Of a DNA stretch of 64,000 nucleotides, positions 62,968-64,000 are shown one piece after another. The notes under the pieces are model-generated. The model saw only the letters and a list, made by a program, of their open reading frames with translations, searched no databases and was not told the origin of the DNA. The first letter of the stretch is position 1; the number at the start of each line of letters is the position of its first letter. Both the position numbers and the translations under genes were made by a program. Source of the DNA: Narcine bancroftii (Eukaryota); NCBI RefSeq assembly GCF_036971445.1, contig NC_091473.1:210924001-210988000 (forward strand), read 5' to 3'.

Positions 62968-63485
62968 TGGTATGAGCCTAGAGGACCCCAAAACCCAGAA
63001 GCAATAGATATTCACCAAGACAAATGGTTACATAAACAAAAGTTGCTTTTAGTATCTTTAAACATGAAAACAGGATCAAACTTCAACTTATTACTATAAC
63101 TTAACTAACCTAACTTAACCCCCTTCTAATTCTAAGTGCATGTAATGTTTATGTAAGTTCAGAAAGGGTTAGGCTTCATTGATTCACAGTAGAATCTCAC
63201 TTCTCATTCCTCCAAATTTATTGGTTGCAGGCAATTATTATACTGTGCACAGAATTTAACTTTTATGAAGTTCACTAGGCTTTGGTGCTTGAAAGGTAAA
63301 TTATTACCATTCAGGAAGGTTCTTGTCAGTTTTCAGAGAGATATTTGTTGTTTGCTCGACACCCACAACTGATTCCTTCTGATCAGCCACTTCAATGTCT
63401 TGCTGAAGAAACCTGCCCCATCAGGGTTTTCCAGATGATAACCTCTTTCTTTCAGGTCACCACAGAGTTCTTTTCTGTTTCACTT
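62968..63485 (-). repeat. 3' half of Gmr1-like LTR, cut by ERV insertion
   Basis: Reverse complement of 16399-16919. Confidence 0.85.
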
Positions 63486-64000
63486 TGTGAGAGATGAGTA
63501 AAATATGAGAGATGAAGAAAGCTAGTATGGATTGAGGGGAGAGTGATGATTTCTGGAGTAGGAGGAAGAGATTTTACGGTCCCTGTATTAAGGGATGTAA
63601 GAATACAAATGGAAAAAAGATAATAACAGAGGATATTTTACTAGTTCCCCAAGCTGGAGTTTGTTTGTTAGGACGAGACTTACAGGACCAATTGGCTATC
63701 AGCACCAGGCCACTGGAATCAGGTATCGGGGTTCAATTGTATGTATTAACCGAGCAGGATCGGGAACTAATAAATCCTGGAGTATGGGCAAAATTCCTCC
63801 CCTGCAAGCTACTTTAAAAGATCCTGAGCAAGTAATTAGACGAAAATAGTACCCAATACCTATGGCTGGCCGAAAGGGGCTGCAGCCAGTAATTGACCAG
63901 TTGGTGAAAGATGGTATATTCGAACCTTGTATGTCACCTTTTACCTGTCCAAAAATCAGACGGTACCTATCGATTAGTGCAGGACTTGAGGGAGCTGAAC
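63486..64000 (+). mobile_element. Class I ERV copy, heavily deleted (LTR start joined to pro/RT)
   Basis: TGTGAGAGATGAG LTR start, then reverse-complement homology to ~5805-6315 (IPPLQATLKDPEQVIRRK). Confidence 0.88.

Overview
Eukaryotic vertebrate DNA, most likely a cartilaginous fish (inferred from the repeat content). It holds two replication-dependent histone quintets in a large inverted duplication: arm A (~16.4-25.5 kb, order H2B> H2A> <H3 <H4 <H1) and arm B (~53.8-63.5 kb, mirror image). The arms decayed in complementary fashion. A keeps intact H2B and H2A, B keeps intact H4 and a near-intact H1, and H3 is broken in both. Almost everything else is nested retroelements: a class I ERV with tRNA-Pro PBS whose LTRs sit at rearrangement junctions, an ERV-S-like class III provirus with gamma-type env, a very young copy of that family nested in its gag, Gypsy, Gmr1-like and BEL LTR elements, CR1, L1 and RTE LINEs, and Penelope-like elements. 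Two signals stand out. (1) Two Gypsy elements have no tRNA PBS and instead carry a 15-24 nt sequence complementary to their own LTR poly(A)-signal region. (2) The young ERV has five internal deletions that all keep the reading frame. All alignments were done by eye, so boundaries of decayed elements are approximate.
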